From: Rhodosorus marinus CCMP1338
Taxonomy: Eukaryota > Plantae > Rhodophyta
Length of the DNA: 64,000 nt
Reading direction: 5' to 3'
Assembly: GCA_029953675.1 (NCBI GenBank)
Contig: JAMWBK010000013.1
Coordinates: forward strand, 930,001-994,000
A model generated the notes under the pieces. It made no database searches. It saw nothing but the letters and a program-made list of their open reading frames with translations, and was not told where the DNA came from. The translations under genes and the position numbers were made by a program. Shown here in pieces: positions 50,206-63,176 of the stretch (position 1 is the stretch's first letter; every line of letters begins with the position of its first letter).

Positions 50206-53200
50206 CTACAGCACCCTCACGTCAAACTTTCTCTGTGATCCAACCGAACTGCCCTTCCACCAGTTGATGCCCTGCAAGGTAAGGGGTTCTCTCTGAGTCC
50301 TACTGAAACCTTTCTGCCAATGTCTGCTCATGTCAAGGTTGTAGCCAAAAGCGTTCATCCTCTTAACGAACTCATCCGGGTCGTCCGCCAGCTTGCTTAG
50401 CTGTAGAAGGAATTCCCGCACACGATTGCTCGTCGACCTAGATTGAACATCTGATCCAATACAAACAGAACAACGGGTAAAACCCTGGCGTCAGGAGAAG
50501 AACATTCTCTCGCGGTGGAACTGGGCATCAATTGCTGCACCCTCCCCGGCTTACATTGTAGCTGGTAGGCGGCATCGGCAGCAGCTTTGTAGTCCTTCTG
50601 TAGACAAAAAGCTCGGGAAAAGGAAAGCAGCGAGCGTTCCTCCCACTCAAGCCCCGATCGCTGGAGAACGTTGTACGCTTCTTTGATGTAATCCAAACTG
50701 ATCGTGTCCGGATCGTTATCAAGATACAAGGCCCAAGAGTTCATCATACCTCGCGGCGGTTCGAAACCGCCATTCTGTGCAGGACCATAAAGAGCGAAGT
50801 TCGAATCTGAGAAACTTCTTCTCCCAAATTCACCAAAACAACAACAAGTTTCAATGTTATTGGGACTCACCGGACTGAAGTACTTTCTCTGAAGCTTCAT
50901 GGCTTTGTCAAACTCTCCAGACCACAGGTGCAAGGCAATGTAGTTGGATAGTAGAACGCGACCCTCTCCCATCGGGATGTTTGTTTGAGAGAAGAGCTTC
51001 ATCACCACGTCACCTTTTTCGAGGTCAGTCAGAGGTTTATTCAACTCCTCGTCCTCCCCGTCTTCATCAGCTAGTGTGCCAAATTTGTCCTCGCCCTCCT
51101 CATCGTCCTTGCCAAACTCCAACTCGTTGAGCCTCTTCTCCAGAACCCGTCGCCTACAGGCTTTGGCCAAGTTGTTCATGAACTCTCCGAAAATGTCCAC
51201 TCCAACAAACCCAAACCCTCCGCACTGGTCCACAATTTCGGAGAATTTGCTCTCACTCTCGTTTACAATATCATCCGGAGTCTTCGCAGGACTCCTCACA
51301 ATCGACTTGAGTTGGGATCTATAGATCCTTGGACCAATCTGAAAGCCAATCGTTGCTAGGTGATCGTACACCTGCATCGCATGGTTATTGTCACACGACT
51401 TTAGAATCTGAACAACGACTCCGACGGATGGCTCTAGTTGAAATCTGAGAATCTCCTGCCAGACGCCCCATCCAAACTCATTATTCAGAGTGCTGTTATT
51501 TGCGTTGTTGTCAGCGGACAAAAGCGCCTCATAAGCGTCCATCTGCGGCGCAAGCGAAAGGATCCAGATTCTCGTCTAAGTACATAAAACAAGCCATGAC
51601 GCAGTGGGAGAAATGGTGGAGGTGAGCAAAAGGCGCTAGCTTACCGACAGTGCTTGCTCCGGGTTGAAACGTTGATGCCATCCGTAGGCAAGCCGTGCAC
51701 CTAGATGGTCACTGTTGTTGCCAAAAGCCGTTATCAAAGCCGACCATAGACGGTCAGAGCGATGAAGATTGTGCCATGGAATGGTATGGATGTCTTGCTC
51801 TACGCCCGGTTTTAGCTCAAACACGACTTGGTCTTCGCCGAAAGGGTTGTCGATCTTTCCCGCATCCTCCCAGTGCAAGTCTCTCTCGACACGCCTCTGC
51901 GTTTCCAAAGCTTTATAGGCTGTCCCTCTGGGCATCGGCGGATGCCTAAATTCAGTCTCCTCATCCAGTGCGCTATGCCCCTCAGGCCCGTGCAACAGTG
52001 CGTCTGCACTGTCCTCTGGCTGCTGAGATGCTAAGTAGGACTCCAAGCTTGTGTCCAGAATCGAGGCCTCTTGCAGGCCCATCTCATATCCCTCAATTTC
52101 TTCCAAAGCACTCCCCTCGCTGGTCTCAGAGTTCTCTCCCAGAATCCCGTCTGTTTCCGACTCATACGCCGAGGCTGCGAGGGCTTGCTGGCTGCTTGAA
52201 GAGCTAGGATGAAGCTTCTTCGGCCTAAACAAGCTTTCTCGATTCTTCAGGGTTAGCATGATGTTGATGATGCCATCCACATCAGCGTTCTTTGCCTTAG
52301 AATCGGCCAGGCATTGGACCATCCAATCATGAACAGATATTCTGCTCGGATCTACTAGCGGACTCACCGGCTTCTCTGGATTCCCGCGGAATAAATAAAA
52401 CATCCTTTCAATGTCGTCTGTACATCCTGCCTGCGCAGCCGCTGCAGCTGCGTGACAAAGATGTTCAGGTCTAATAATGATCCGGTCACTGAGCATTGAT
52501 TGTAGAACCGCGAGCGCGTCTTTTCCTCTAAAGTAAGATCTCAGCATGAGCAGTAACTCGAGGTACGCATCTGCGTTGCGGTGTCTCCTCTGGAAGAAAA
52601 TTCGGATCATGACTGAAGTCTCCGCCAGCTCCAACCTCCTCCTCCACACAGAGTGGTTTACCACTTCCTTCAGATCCGTACTAACCCGGCCGTCATCCAC
52701 GGTCCTAAGCAGAAGTTCATCTAATGCAGCTGCTTCCAAGTCCTCCGGATTGACTTCCTCTTTAGACCCTTTCGCCATCCGCTGTGTCCGCTGCCCGCTG
52801 ACATCTTCAGATTCAAAGCGGTGGGTATCTTCTGAATCTTCGGAGCGCTCTCTTGAACCCAGCGTTTCCCGGGGCGAACGGGAACCAACCTCCTCCTGGT
52901 GAAAGGAAACCTCGAGATTCTCATTGTTCTTGTGAATCCGCTTTGTCGGGTCCAAATCACCTCCAATTCTATCAATCTCCTCCTGAGTTGGTAGATCAAA
53001 CGTATGTTCCAATCCTTGCTCCGCCAGGACAGGATCCAAGCGCTGATCTGTGTCCTTAATATCACTAAACTTGGCTGGGCTTTTCAGCATAAGGAACCCA
53101 TACTCGTTTCTAAACTCCTCGTTGGTAGGCTTGTACCGCTGTACCTCCATCTCGTTTTGAAAACTCCAGCCCACAGGCGGTGCATACGACGTCCTCAACG

Positions 53201-53387
53201 TCTTCAGCAGCTCCTTATGTTCGTGAGGAAACACCCGCCGCTCCAACTTCGGGAACCTCGTTAACGCGAATCTCTTCTTCCTCTCCCTCACGCTGCTCGC
53301 GTGAAAGTTCCTCACACCTCCAGATCCATCCCAAACTTCCCTCTTGAAGCATCCATCTGCTCCTTTCAACCTCGACACCCTATACAT
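50206..53387 (-). CDS. PPR-like helical-repeat protein, probably mitochondrial, multi-exon
   Basis: Presequence-like start with RNFHASSV; degenerate repeats of about 35 aa (AYLELLLMLRSYFRGKDALAVLQSML..., LWSALITAFG...); ORFs 51636-53411, 50397-51542 and 50206-50421 linked by GT-AG introns. Confidence 0.65.
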
Positions 53388-53768
53388 CCTTTTCAAACTA
53401 ACAAAGCCCAACCCCTTTCTCCCTTTCTACATACCCATCATCGATCAATTTTCACTTCCCAATCCTACCGCCCATACTCGCCCTCTCCCAAAGAAAGTAT
53501 ATCGTCTATGGCCAGTTTTTCTTCCAACTTTCCAAAAAATACATAAGAAAAAGGGAATTTTAACCCCACCCCCCACCCCTTGAATAAAAGATACTCGTCC
53601 TAAGTCATTCTGCAACACCTCCACCCCCCACCCCCATCCTCTTCCTAAAACTTCCCCCGACGTGAAACTCCTGACCCCGTCTGTTTTTTGGGGGGGACAG
53701 GTGTTACTCAACTATTGGATAAATACGTCCCACAAATATGACAAATGTTAAAATATTACTGGATTAAG

Positions 53769-53808
53769 TGTCCCATATCTAGAATGTCCCATATCTTTAA
53801 TGTCCCAT
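53769..53808. promoter_or_regulatory. TGTCCCAT x3 at 16-bp spacing in an AT-rich intergenic region
   Basis: Copies at 53769, 53785 and 53801; the same core recurs as an inverted pair near 58826-58851. Confidence 0.4.
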
Positions 53809-54678
53809 TTCAGGGTTTTTCTCGGTGGTTTCGGATCTGTGGGTCTGAACGTTTTGGTTTGGAATGGACGTGCTGGCTGGAGGTGATCTGGAAAAGGAGC
53901 TAGCGGATATTGGAGGTATTTTATGTGTACAGACGCTAAAATTTACCTCCCGGTGAATACTTGCTTTTCCCCCGATGCAAAGACGGACTGCTACGACCAG
54001 GAAGACACTTTGTTTACTGATCGAACCGGCGCGAAACTATCTTAAGCCACATAGATAGGCCCTTGTAGATCGTTCCTCGACAGTACGACCGGGTTGTGGA
54101 TAGCTTACGGTCTGCTGCGGTTTTACGGCTCCTGCTAAGGAGAATAGGATTGCATACATTCCTACTGTTTAGATCAGATATGACTTTCTTCCAGTATGGA
54201 CCGGTGCGCGGTTTTAATTCTCTTCCGTGATTGTGCGGACCGTTGACGAGCTAATTGCTGTGATATTCTTCCTGCTCTAATTTGCGTTCACGCTGAGGAC
54301 CGGGTGAAATAGAATTATACCAACAATACTCTAACCACCATAGAAGCAGGAAACAGCGAGCTCACTCCGGCTCCTGTTGTCGGCGTCAAGATGTGTCGCT
54401 GAAGCCCTCAGTTGCCAAGGTGGCAGACTGAAGCAGATCACTTACGACAGTCAAAGTCTACAGACACCTGTCCTCTCGCAAACGCGATATTTTCGCTGGA
54501 AGACCTGTTCATTCGCTGCGTCCACGATGAGATTTGGACCTCTTTTGCCGCCACGGATTGTAACTTGGCGGACGATATGGTTCTCAAACTTCTGTCGAAG
54601 AAAGGAGGCTCCCATCGCTCGCTCTGAGCAGACCTGTTATCGCTTCAGGAAGTTTTGCATCCTGAGATGGAGTGGCCC

Positions 54679-55637
54679 TCACGATGGAAGCTTACGCTTC
54701 CTGTTGCTCGACTCTTGTGAACGTTCTCTGGAAGCGGTCTGTTTTGCGGTGGATCTTCTTATGCTTGGATTTGAGGCCTCAATTTTGTTCAGGATTCTCT
54801 GAGGTGCAGTGTTGATGGCGCTCTTGGCCCTAGCCTCGGTGATCTTGAACAGAACATGGACGAGGTTGATAACATCCCGCGCTGGACGCAGTTCCTGCGT
54901 GGAGACAAGCAAATCAAACATTTAAGCAAGTGGCGAGTGGTTTTTTGAGTGCTTGAACTGTGAACGTACCAGAACATGACGTGCTCCGGAACTGATCAAG
55001 AGCGTTTTAGAACCTGTTATTCGTGAGATCGATGACCCGTTGACAACGACAAGTCGACGCATTGACGCATCGCGGATGGCTGGCGCGTACACAACTTCGA
55101 CAAGCATTCCCTTTTGTTCAGACGAAGAAGAGAATCTCGTCAGCAAGCTTCGTTGAAGCGGTTCAACCGCGACGTTGGAGAACGTACCTGGGCCTCCAGC
55201 GATGCGATCAGCTGCGGCTTTATGTTGAATGGGATCCGAGCAGAATTCTCAAAGGCTACAATGTTAATAAAGTCAAGCTCCATGCATAATTTCAGCTGTC
55301 GCTCAGAAGTTGGACAGACGGCGACCACATCAAACTTTCTCAGCGCAGGCTCTGCGGCCCTCAAGAAATCGACTCGTTGCGCATTTCCAAGCTTCACTGT
55401 TACCCTCGAAAGAATCCTAATTCCACGAAGCCTGAGTGCTTTATCTTCACCAGCGCTCTCCTCCGATCTCAAACTCCCGCGAATCGACGGTTCCAGTCCG
55501 GAATCAACTCGGCCATCGATTGTTTCATTCACCGCGATCGCCTCATATCCAAACTTTGAAACTGTTTCTAGAAGCTCGGATCGAGTTTTCTTGTCCTTGA
55601 ATAGCTCAAAATCGATGTTCAAATCATGGTACATCAT
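54679..55637 (-). CDS. RPP30: RNase P/MRP subunit p30, two introns
   Basis: MYHDLNI, FGYEAIAVN, ILSRVTV, FDVVAVCPTSE, GMLVEVVYAPAIRDASMRR, LLISSGA, ELRPARDVINL. Confidence 0.9.
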
Positions 55638-56673
55638 CGCAAACAAGACATCAGGAAGACAACTTCATCCTCCCTCCATCCCGAGAAGCAAAGCTCAAAA
55701 CGCAGTGAGGCTGTCGGCCGTTGTCCTTAATTATGATTGAAGAAGAAGCCAAGCATTGATTTCCAATACACAAATCCCTGAGTTCTCTCGGGATGTGACA
55801 ACAACTAATCTCCCAAACGCCGCGAACGAGGGGAATGGCTTGCGGCAAGCAGAGACTCCAGGAGTTTACAAACCGATTTCAACTTTTCGGAATGGTAGAC
55901 GGCTTTTTAGCAGAACAGAACTGACTTCAGTCAAACGAGTTCGTTCGAAAATAGCATTTAACACCTGCCTTAGAGAATCAGAACTGTACTTTTAACATCT
56001 GGCTGCACCTCAGGAAGTCGAAAGAGGCTGAAAAATGGGGGATTGCTGGTTGCTGGCACCAGTCACGCTGTAGCTTATCTATGCATGAGCTACGAGCGTT
56101 GAATACCAGGCGATACCCTTGGTTTCTCTTGACACGAATTGACTCCGATCGGATTCGAAAGGCTAGCATTTCGTCACCAAAGCCTAACTCGAGCACAGGA
56201 TAGAGAAAGGATCTAAACATTTGTTAGATAGGAGCTCAATAAGGGCGTCCTACAAGGCTTTTAAGGCCCTGCCCTGTGTGACAAAGGACACAACCGAGAG
56301 ATGAAAAGCGTTGCACGAGGAGAGCGCATTTGTTTTGTTTTGTACTGCTTCCGTAATCTATGCTTTCAGAATACACCCTTAGGAAGAGATGCGTCGAGCA
56401 CGCACTACACGGTGATCCGCTTGCTTCTTTACCCACTGGTCGAGCGAAGCTGCTTTCGAGACCAGTCGAAGTTGAGATGCTCTTTCACCCCTCACTGACA
56501 TCTACCATCTAGATTAGTCGAATTAATGATCTTACCGCCTCCATAGGAGCGGAACACAAAGCACGAGTTGAGGTCTGTTTTACGTTCTCTCCGAACAATG
56601 AACGGAGTTCCATAAAGTTCTCGCGTCCGTCTGATATGATTGAGCAGCACGAGCCGATTGCCAATCTCTGAGA

Positions 56674-58555
56674 CTACTTCTTGGGTGCCTCAAAGTTTTG
56701 CAATCCTCTCTGTACTGCTTCTCCCTCAGATCGACTTTTGATGTCTTGGAGCATAATCTGTGCGCAGTTCCGTCCTGAAGCTCCGCTCGCTCCACCTACA
56801 GAGGCAACAGAAGTCAGTTAGAGAAGTGGGCGGGTTAGAAATCCAAGCCTGCCGTTAGTTTTCTTGAAGTACCTCCTGGATGAGTCCCAGATCCACATAT
56901 GTACAATTGACTCAACGGACTTCGATACCTCGAAAACTGTTTCGCGGGTCGTAGGTAGTACATCTGATCCACAGTTAATGCGCAATGGTTCATGTTCCCG
57001 TGATGGACCCCGAAGACTCGTTCAATGTCGTGTGGACTGAGGGCTTCGTATCCAACGACCAGCTCCTTAAAGCCTGGCAGGTAGTCATCGATGGTCGAGA
57101 AGATTTTCTTCACGTATTGCTGCTTAAAGGATTCATTCGACCACGGCGAGCTGTACGGAGCGTGCTGTACGATGATACCTGCCACGGCATGTCCAGGAGG
57201 TGCCAGGCTCGGGTCCATGGCGCTTGGCATGGTGACGACGAGCAGCGGCCTCGACGACGGTCGCACGTTAACCGACGCGTCATAGAAGGCATTATCCATA
57301 TCCTCCAGGCAGTCAGCGCCAAGGTAGAGAGTACATTTGTGTTCGGGTCTGACGTCGTTGTCTTTCCTTGGAATCACCTTCAACGCGGGCAGTCCCTTGA
57401 GCGCAACGTTGAGCTTGAAAACGCCTGAGCTGTAGTCCAACGACTTGATGTTGCGGACAAAATCATCGGGGAGGGAATCTTCCGGGCATAGATCAACAAA
57501 TGTTCTCCAGGGATCCAGGCTCGATACAACGATGCTGGAGCGCACGTCATCTCCATTCTCCAGTTGGACACCTACTGCCTTCCCGTCGTCGACGAGGACC
57601 TTGCTTACGGAGTGAGAGAGCATCAGTTCCGAGCCAAACTCGGTTGCAGCTTCAGCGACTGCCTGGGAGAGCTTTCCCATACCACCTTCGACAAATGACC
57701 ATTGCCCACGGTTGTTGTTCCCAGCCCCAAGCATGTGTCGGAGTAGCAAAGCACCAGTGCCTGGCATGGAAGGTGCCATCATAGATCCGACGAGTGCTGG
57801 CCTAGCTATGGCAGTACATAGCGGTTCAGTCTCAAATTCTCGCTGCAGAATCCTTGACAACGGCGCGGTGAACAGCTCGTAGAGGTTTACGCTCTGTGAA
57901 CCCAATCCGGACAGCCGAAAAGCAAACTTTGAGGCGGAGAGCAGACTGTCCACCTTGTCGCGCATCGCCAGCGGGGCGTGGAACCCTCTGGAGAAGAAAT
58001 CAACTGGTGCCTCGTCGACCACTGGGGAAACTGCGCCTACGAGTCGAGCCATGCGCTCGAGGAAATCTTTATATGCCTCCGCGTCCCTACGAGAGTATTG
58101 CGCGATCTGGGTCTCGTTGAAGTCGACATCTTGGCCGAGCATTAAATATCGTGATCCATCAAGCAGCGGAGTCAAGCTGAAAGGATTTCTTTTCAGCAGT
58201 TTGACGCCTCGGTTTTGCAGATTCATGTCGGCATTTATCTGCGGGCGCAACAGACCAACCACATCCACACCTCGCGAGAACTTGTAGCCTGGAATCACTT
58301 CCTCAGTTACAGCCGTGCCACCTACGATATCTCGTCTCTCTGCGATCGCCACTTTAAGTCCCTGCAGAGTAGAAACATGAAACGGGCTGATCGGAGGTCA
58401 ACTTTGCTCGAAAACATAGAATGACGAAGCAAACATACCGCTCGAGCCAGGTATGCGGAAGCAACTAGACCATTAAGACCTGCCCCAATTACCACAGCAT
58501 CATAAAATTTTGATTTCGCCGCTGTAGCGGAAGCCCATCTCCTCGGAACAGCCAT
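56674..58555 (-). CDS. PYROXD2: PYROXD2-like FAD oxidoreductase (phytoene dehydrogenase superfamily), two introns
   Basis: YDAVVIGAGLNGLVASAYLARA|G, ERRDIVGGTAVTEEVIPGYKFS, VEGGMGKLS, HHGN..H..L..DQMY..RP, LYICGSGTHPG|GGASGASGRNCA. Confidence 0.88.
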
Positions 58556-60240
58556 CGCTCAAACCCCTCTAGCACGATCAAAGCCCAGCCTCAAACTTAT
58601 CCAAAGCTGGAATAAAGGTCTATAGTCTCCATCAGAGACCGAATATCCATCGTTATTCCTCACCAGAATTCACCAAGCTCGCTCTGCTAGCCTATGGAAA
58701 GCTTCCGCAAACACCATCCCCAATCCTATACATCTTCCCCCACCCTCCCCAATGCCTTCATTGAATATCAAAATCCTCTTCCAACGGAATTAACATTTGG
58801 GACAGTAGCCAAACCTCGAGTTTTGCTGTCCCAAAAGCAAATATGGGACAGTAAAAAAACAAAGAATAAAAAGCATTTCAGTTCAAATCCTGATTACAAT
58901 TTCGATCGTCATGTTTTTATTTCTAGGCATGAAAGCTCCCCAACTCATTAAAATATCTACAAAATAGAAGAATCGCTTTAAGAGTGCGTTTTCATGGAAA
59001 AACGGAGAACAGAAAATGAATATTTAATTACAAAATTCAATAGTCAGTACAACAAGAAAGGGACTTTTTTCTATCCCTAATGGAATATTAAAGAACCGCT
59101 GTATTTATTCCGAAAACAAGTTCAAACGAACCCAGGAAAATAATAAAGAAAAAACAATAGTAGTAATAGCTAATCAAATTCCTTCGTTTCACAGGGCAGC
59201 CTTGAGTTTTATACAAACTTCAATATTAGCTACCATCCTTTAGAAAAACATGTACGTGAAAAGTACTAGCTTTAGTAGCATTCGGAGTAAACTATGACAG
59301 ACCTTAATTATCTTTTACCGATTCAATAGAAGTATCTCCACTAAGATTCTAATTTTTGATTCCTCACGACCTATATAGCCTACTAAGCTATACCCTGAAA
59401 TATGAAAAAACGCAAGAGTCAGGAGCAAATATTTAGAAGAAACATCACCGCCATATCCTTATTTCATACTTCCGTAGAATACAGACTATTCTATAGTATA
59501 TTCTGTACTATAAGTAAAATTACGATCAAGAAATATTTTCTAATTGAGAAAAGTGTTGTTTATGGTGGTAAAAAGGTTGGACTGGGCTTTAATTTTAGTA
59601 AGTTGAGATTTTTGTGTGTACTATTGTCTTTCTTTGGTGACTGAGGAATTCCTCAGTTGTGGACATTTCAGGTGTGGCTGGGATTTGCTTTGCCATAGAG
59701 AGTGTTGTTTGGTGGAGGGCGGTGAACGGAAGCGATGGATCCTTCACATCCATTGGAAGGATTGAGGATGTTGCTGGCATAGTCTTTTCCGGATTTTATA
59801 TATTTTCTGGTGGAAGGGAGGATTTTTGTTTCTTAGGTCCTTTACGTATAGATTGGCGGTGGTGGTGAGCACGGCACGGTGGAATAGGTCTTTGAGTCTG
59901 CTTCGTTCTGTTTGGTGTTAAGCAGAGGCTCCTTGGGTCCTTAAGACAATTGATTGGATTAACGGATGAGCTAGAGGACAGGTGACTGACTTGGGCTTAG
60001 ATCTGGCTATCGTGATACACCTGGGCTGGCTCCAAGTGGGGGGGACTCTGTTGGGGTGTTGATACGAGTCTACCAACGCGGGTCTGGAATGCCTGAGCAA
60101 CTGACTTTAGCAACTGTTTGGAAAGGGGTTGTCTGCAGAGTTGGGCCGTTTGGAGAGATAGCCGGGCGGTTTAAAGGACACTTACATTGAGCAAGCGTGA
60201 GAGGGGTTTTGCGATTGGCAAGTAGAAGGTTGTCGTGTCG

Positions 60241-61725
60241 ATGGAGTCTTTCGTTTGTGGATTCGATGTGGTTGGGGCGAGGAGGCGACTGGCTGAAGCG
60301 AAGTGTCCAGTTCAGGAAATCTGGTGGAGGAAGCGAGAAGCAGTTGTAGTTCAGTCGGAATTTGAATTTTCGGGGAGGTACAGCTATGTGAACAGTGAAG
60401 ATGGGGATGGGGACGAAGAAGTAAATAGAGCCTCAGATGAGACAGAGCCCGACAACACTGAAGAGGAGCCAGCAGCGGATTCAGTTGATGCCGCTCAGAA
60501 GAGTTTCGAATCTGCTGCAGAGTCTGTTAAGGATCAGCTTCAGATGGGAGCGCGGAATGTGAAAGAATCCGTGGAGGATGCGGCAGAGGAGGTTTCGGAA
60601 GCGATTGAGACTGGAACGCGGAATGTCAGGGACGCCACAAAGGATGCAGTGAAATCGGCCGAAGATGTTGCGGATGCGGTGGTCTCCGACGTCAAAAAGT
60701 CAGTGGAGCAAGTAGCCGAGGACATCAATCCCTTCAAACGCGAGGAGGATTTCATTAACATTTCTTCAAGGGAAGGGAGCACGGAGGAGTTGAAGAGAAA
60801 TCTCGTTCTCGCGGCTCTCGGAACAAATCGGTGAGAACATGAACCATTTTCTAGACACCCACCTGTTCTGAAAACCACGTTGGTCATCTCTCGCTTCTGG
60901 CCTTTCTCACCCATTCTTATAGAGGTTTCGCAGCAACGGCAGACCAGACTTCCGAAATCCGATCAATCATATCTGCACTGGAAAACAAAAATCCAACTCC
61001 GGTACCCAACGAAAGCGATCAGCTAGAGGTCCGTGACACTGTCCAGATCTGGCAAACCTGCGTGCGCTCCCGTCCCCTACCTCGTCAGCTCACTTATGCA
61101 TAGTTCTTGCCCGTCATGGCGCAGGGAGACTGGAAGCTCATCTATACAAACGCGTTGGATATTCTTGCTCTGGGAGTTATTCCCCTCGTGCAGCTCGGAC
61201 AAGGTAAGCTCCAACAGAACGTCTCGATCGGGCTCGGTCGGAGCTCTGATATCTTCCTATTCATTCTGCAGTCTACCAGAATATCAAGATGCTCTCGGAT
61301 AAGATCGAGGTCGAGAATCTGGCCATTCTGGAACCGTCCTCCGCGCCACTTCTAAACCGATTTGGTAAGGTCGTTTCACCTAGTTCTCTCATCCGACTTC
61401 TTCCCGGATCACTGACAACTTGTGGCAATGACAATTCGTGTCCATCTGCACTGGACCGCCAGGCGCGAGGACATCCTTGGAAGTATCTGTGAAGGCAACT
61501 GCGGAAGCCGACGGCGACAACATCCTGAACATCAAATTTGAGAACCAGAAATTCACTCCGCAGAGCTTGCTGGGAAGAGACATCCTTGGCAAGCTTCCTC
61601 CACTGGAACTCGCTCTGCGTGGCGTCGCCACGGGATACATCGAGACCAGTTATCTCGACGAAGAGATGAGAATAGCAACCTCGATCGGCAATAACATCTT
61701 CGTTCTGATCCGAGAGCTGGACTGA
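60241..61725 (+). CDS. Plastid lipid-associated protein / fibrillin (PAP_fibrillin), multi-exon
   Basis: MESFVCGF transit peptide; acidic repeat region; ALGTNR|GFAAT...ISALENKNPTP; QGDWKLIYTNA; ETSYLDEEMRIATSIGNNIFVL. Confidence 0.9.
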
Positions 61726-62372
61726 GTTTCGTGCGTGAGAGTTCCAAACACCAAGGATTGTTGGATCGGTAGCATCCAAGGATCTCAGCCTCCCCGTGAC
61801 CTTCCCTAGCCGTTGATGACGCTTGGTATTGTGTTGTAGTAGTAGTAGTTTGAATTGTAAGAGAACAAGAATCTTTCAGTTGGAATTTTCGAGATTGCAA
61901 ACCTCCAAGATCCTGAGCCTTTCGTCAAGATCTGTACTGGCAACAGTCGTACGCCATCGTCGGGGTCAGCTCAGTTGCATCCCGTCCAAGTTACGGCACC
62001 ATCAGCAGAATACTGGTCATGAATACCGGGGAGTGTTGAGGGTCCCAGGAAAGGAACCTGGCTCTTCTCAAAGCCCTCAAGATCAAGCAGAACTGAGCGA
62101 ACAGTTTAATCGGTTCCTAATTGTCAAAATGACCTTGACTAGTGTCTCCTCCGATAGGGAAATCGGCCTTAATAGACTAAAGACTGCTCATAATCGGTTC
62201 CGCAGCTGCCGATAAACCTCCTGAGCAGATCGGTGGCGACTTTCGAAAGCCAGAAGTTCCTCGGCTTAGTTCCGGGGACTTTTGATTTCCGGAAGTACAG
62301 CTAGCACACGTCTGGGTGGAGAGGTTGACCGCGGAATGTCTTCTAGAGAACTAAGAGTGAGTGTCTAGTCTG

Positions 62373-63176
62373 ATGGAAGTCCATCTCTCTTCTTCCAGCT
62401 TGGCATTCGTGACGTGGTCGTCTTCTTCAACAAGCAGGAGACGTGTCCGGCAGGATGCATGCAATGTGAGTAGACGTCGAATTTTGGGATGCGTCTTATC
62501 GGCCGGGCTTGGGCTCCGAATCGATACAGTAAAGAACAGACCGTTGCTTGCTGCTGAGTACGATCGCTATGCAGCGGAGTATGATGCTCTGGAGGAATCT
62601 GTATTTGCGGATGGATTTGGTCTGAAGGATCTTCGTGAGTTTGTGACGAAGCGGGCGGACGGAGAGGTCTTGGAGCTCGCGGTGGGGACAGGCCTGAATA
62701 TCGGTTACTATGATGCCAGTCGAGTAGAGAGTTTCATGGGGGTGGATATCAGCGAAGAGATGCTTAAGATCGCCAGCGCCAGGGGCTCTTCGCTTGGTAC
62801 CAAGGCCAGCTTTCAGATCGAGGACGCCTCTAGACTATCGTTCAAAAGCAGCTCGTTCGACACGATCGTCGATACCTACAGCTTCTGCACTTTCTATGAC
62901 CCGCAGGCCGTCATCACAGAGCTGAGACGTGTCTGCAAACCCACCGGAAAGTTGGTACTCGTCGAGCACGTCAGGAGCGATAACCGCATCCTCGGAGTGT
63001 ATCAAAACGTCACGAATGCAGCTGTTAAAACGATGTCAAAAGGCTGTGCCTGGAACCAGAACATCCCACAACTTCTCGAAAACGAGGGATTCCAGATTTC
63101 CTTTCAGAAACGCTTCCTTGCGGGTACAGTGATCGCTGTCGTCGCTAGGCCCCGGCTAGATACACAATCTACCTAA
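62373..63176 (+). CDS. Class I SAM-dependent methyltransferase (type 11), probably plastid or thylakoid
   Basis: AFV transit motif; RRRILG twin-Arg-like segment; VLELAVGTGLN, GVDISEEML, SFDTIVDTYSFC, RVCKPTGKLVLVEHVRS. Confidence 0.9.
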   Translation: MEVHLSSSSLAFVTWSSSSTSRRRVRQDACNVSRRRILGCVLSAGLGLRIDTVKNRPLLAAEYDRYAAEYDALEESVFADGFGLKDLREFVTKRADGEVLELAVGTGLNIGYYDASRVESFMGVDISEEMLKIASARGSSLGTKASFQIEDASRLSFKSSSFDTIVDTYSFCTFYDPQAVITELRRVCKPTGKLVLVEHVRSDNRILGVYQNVTNAAVKTMSKGCAWNQNIPQLLENEGFQISFQKRFLAGTVIAVVARPRLDTQST

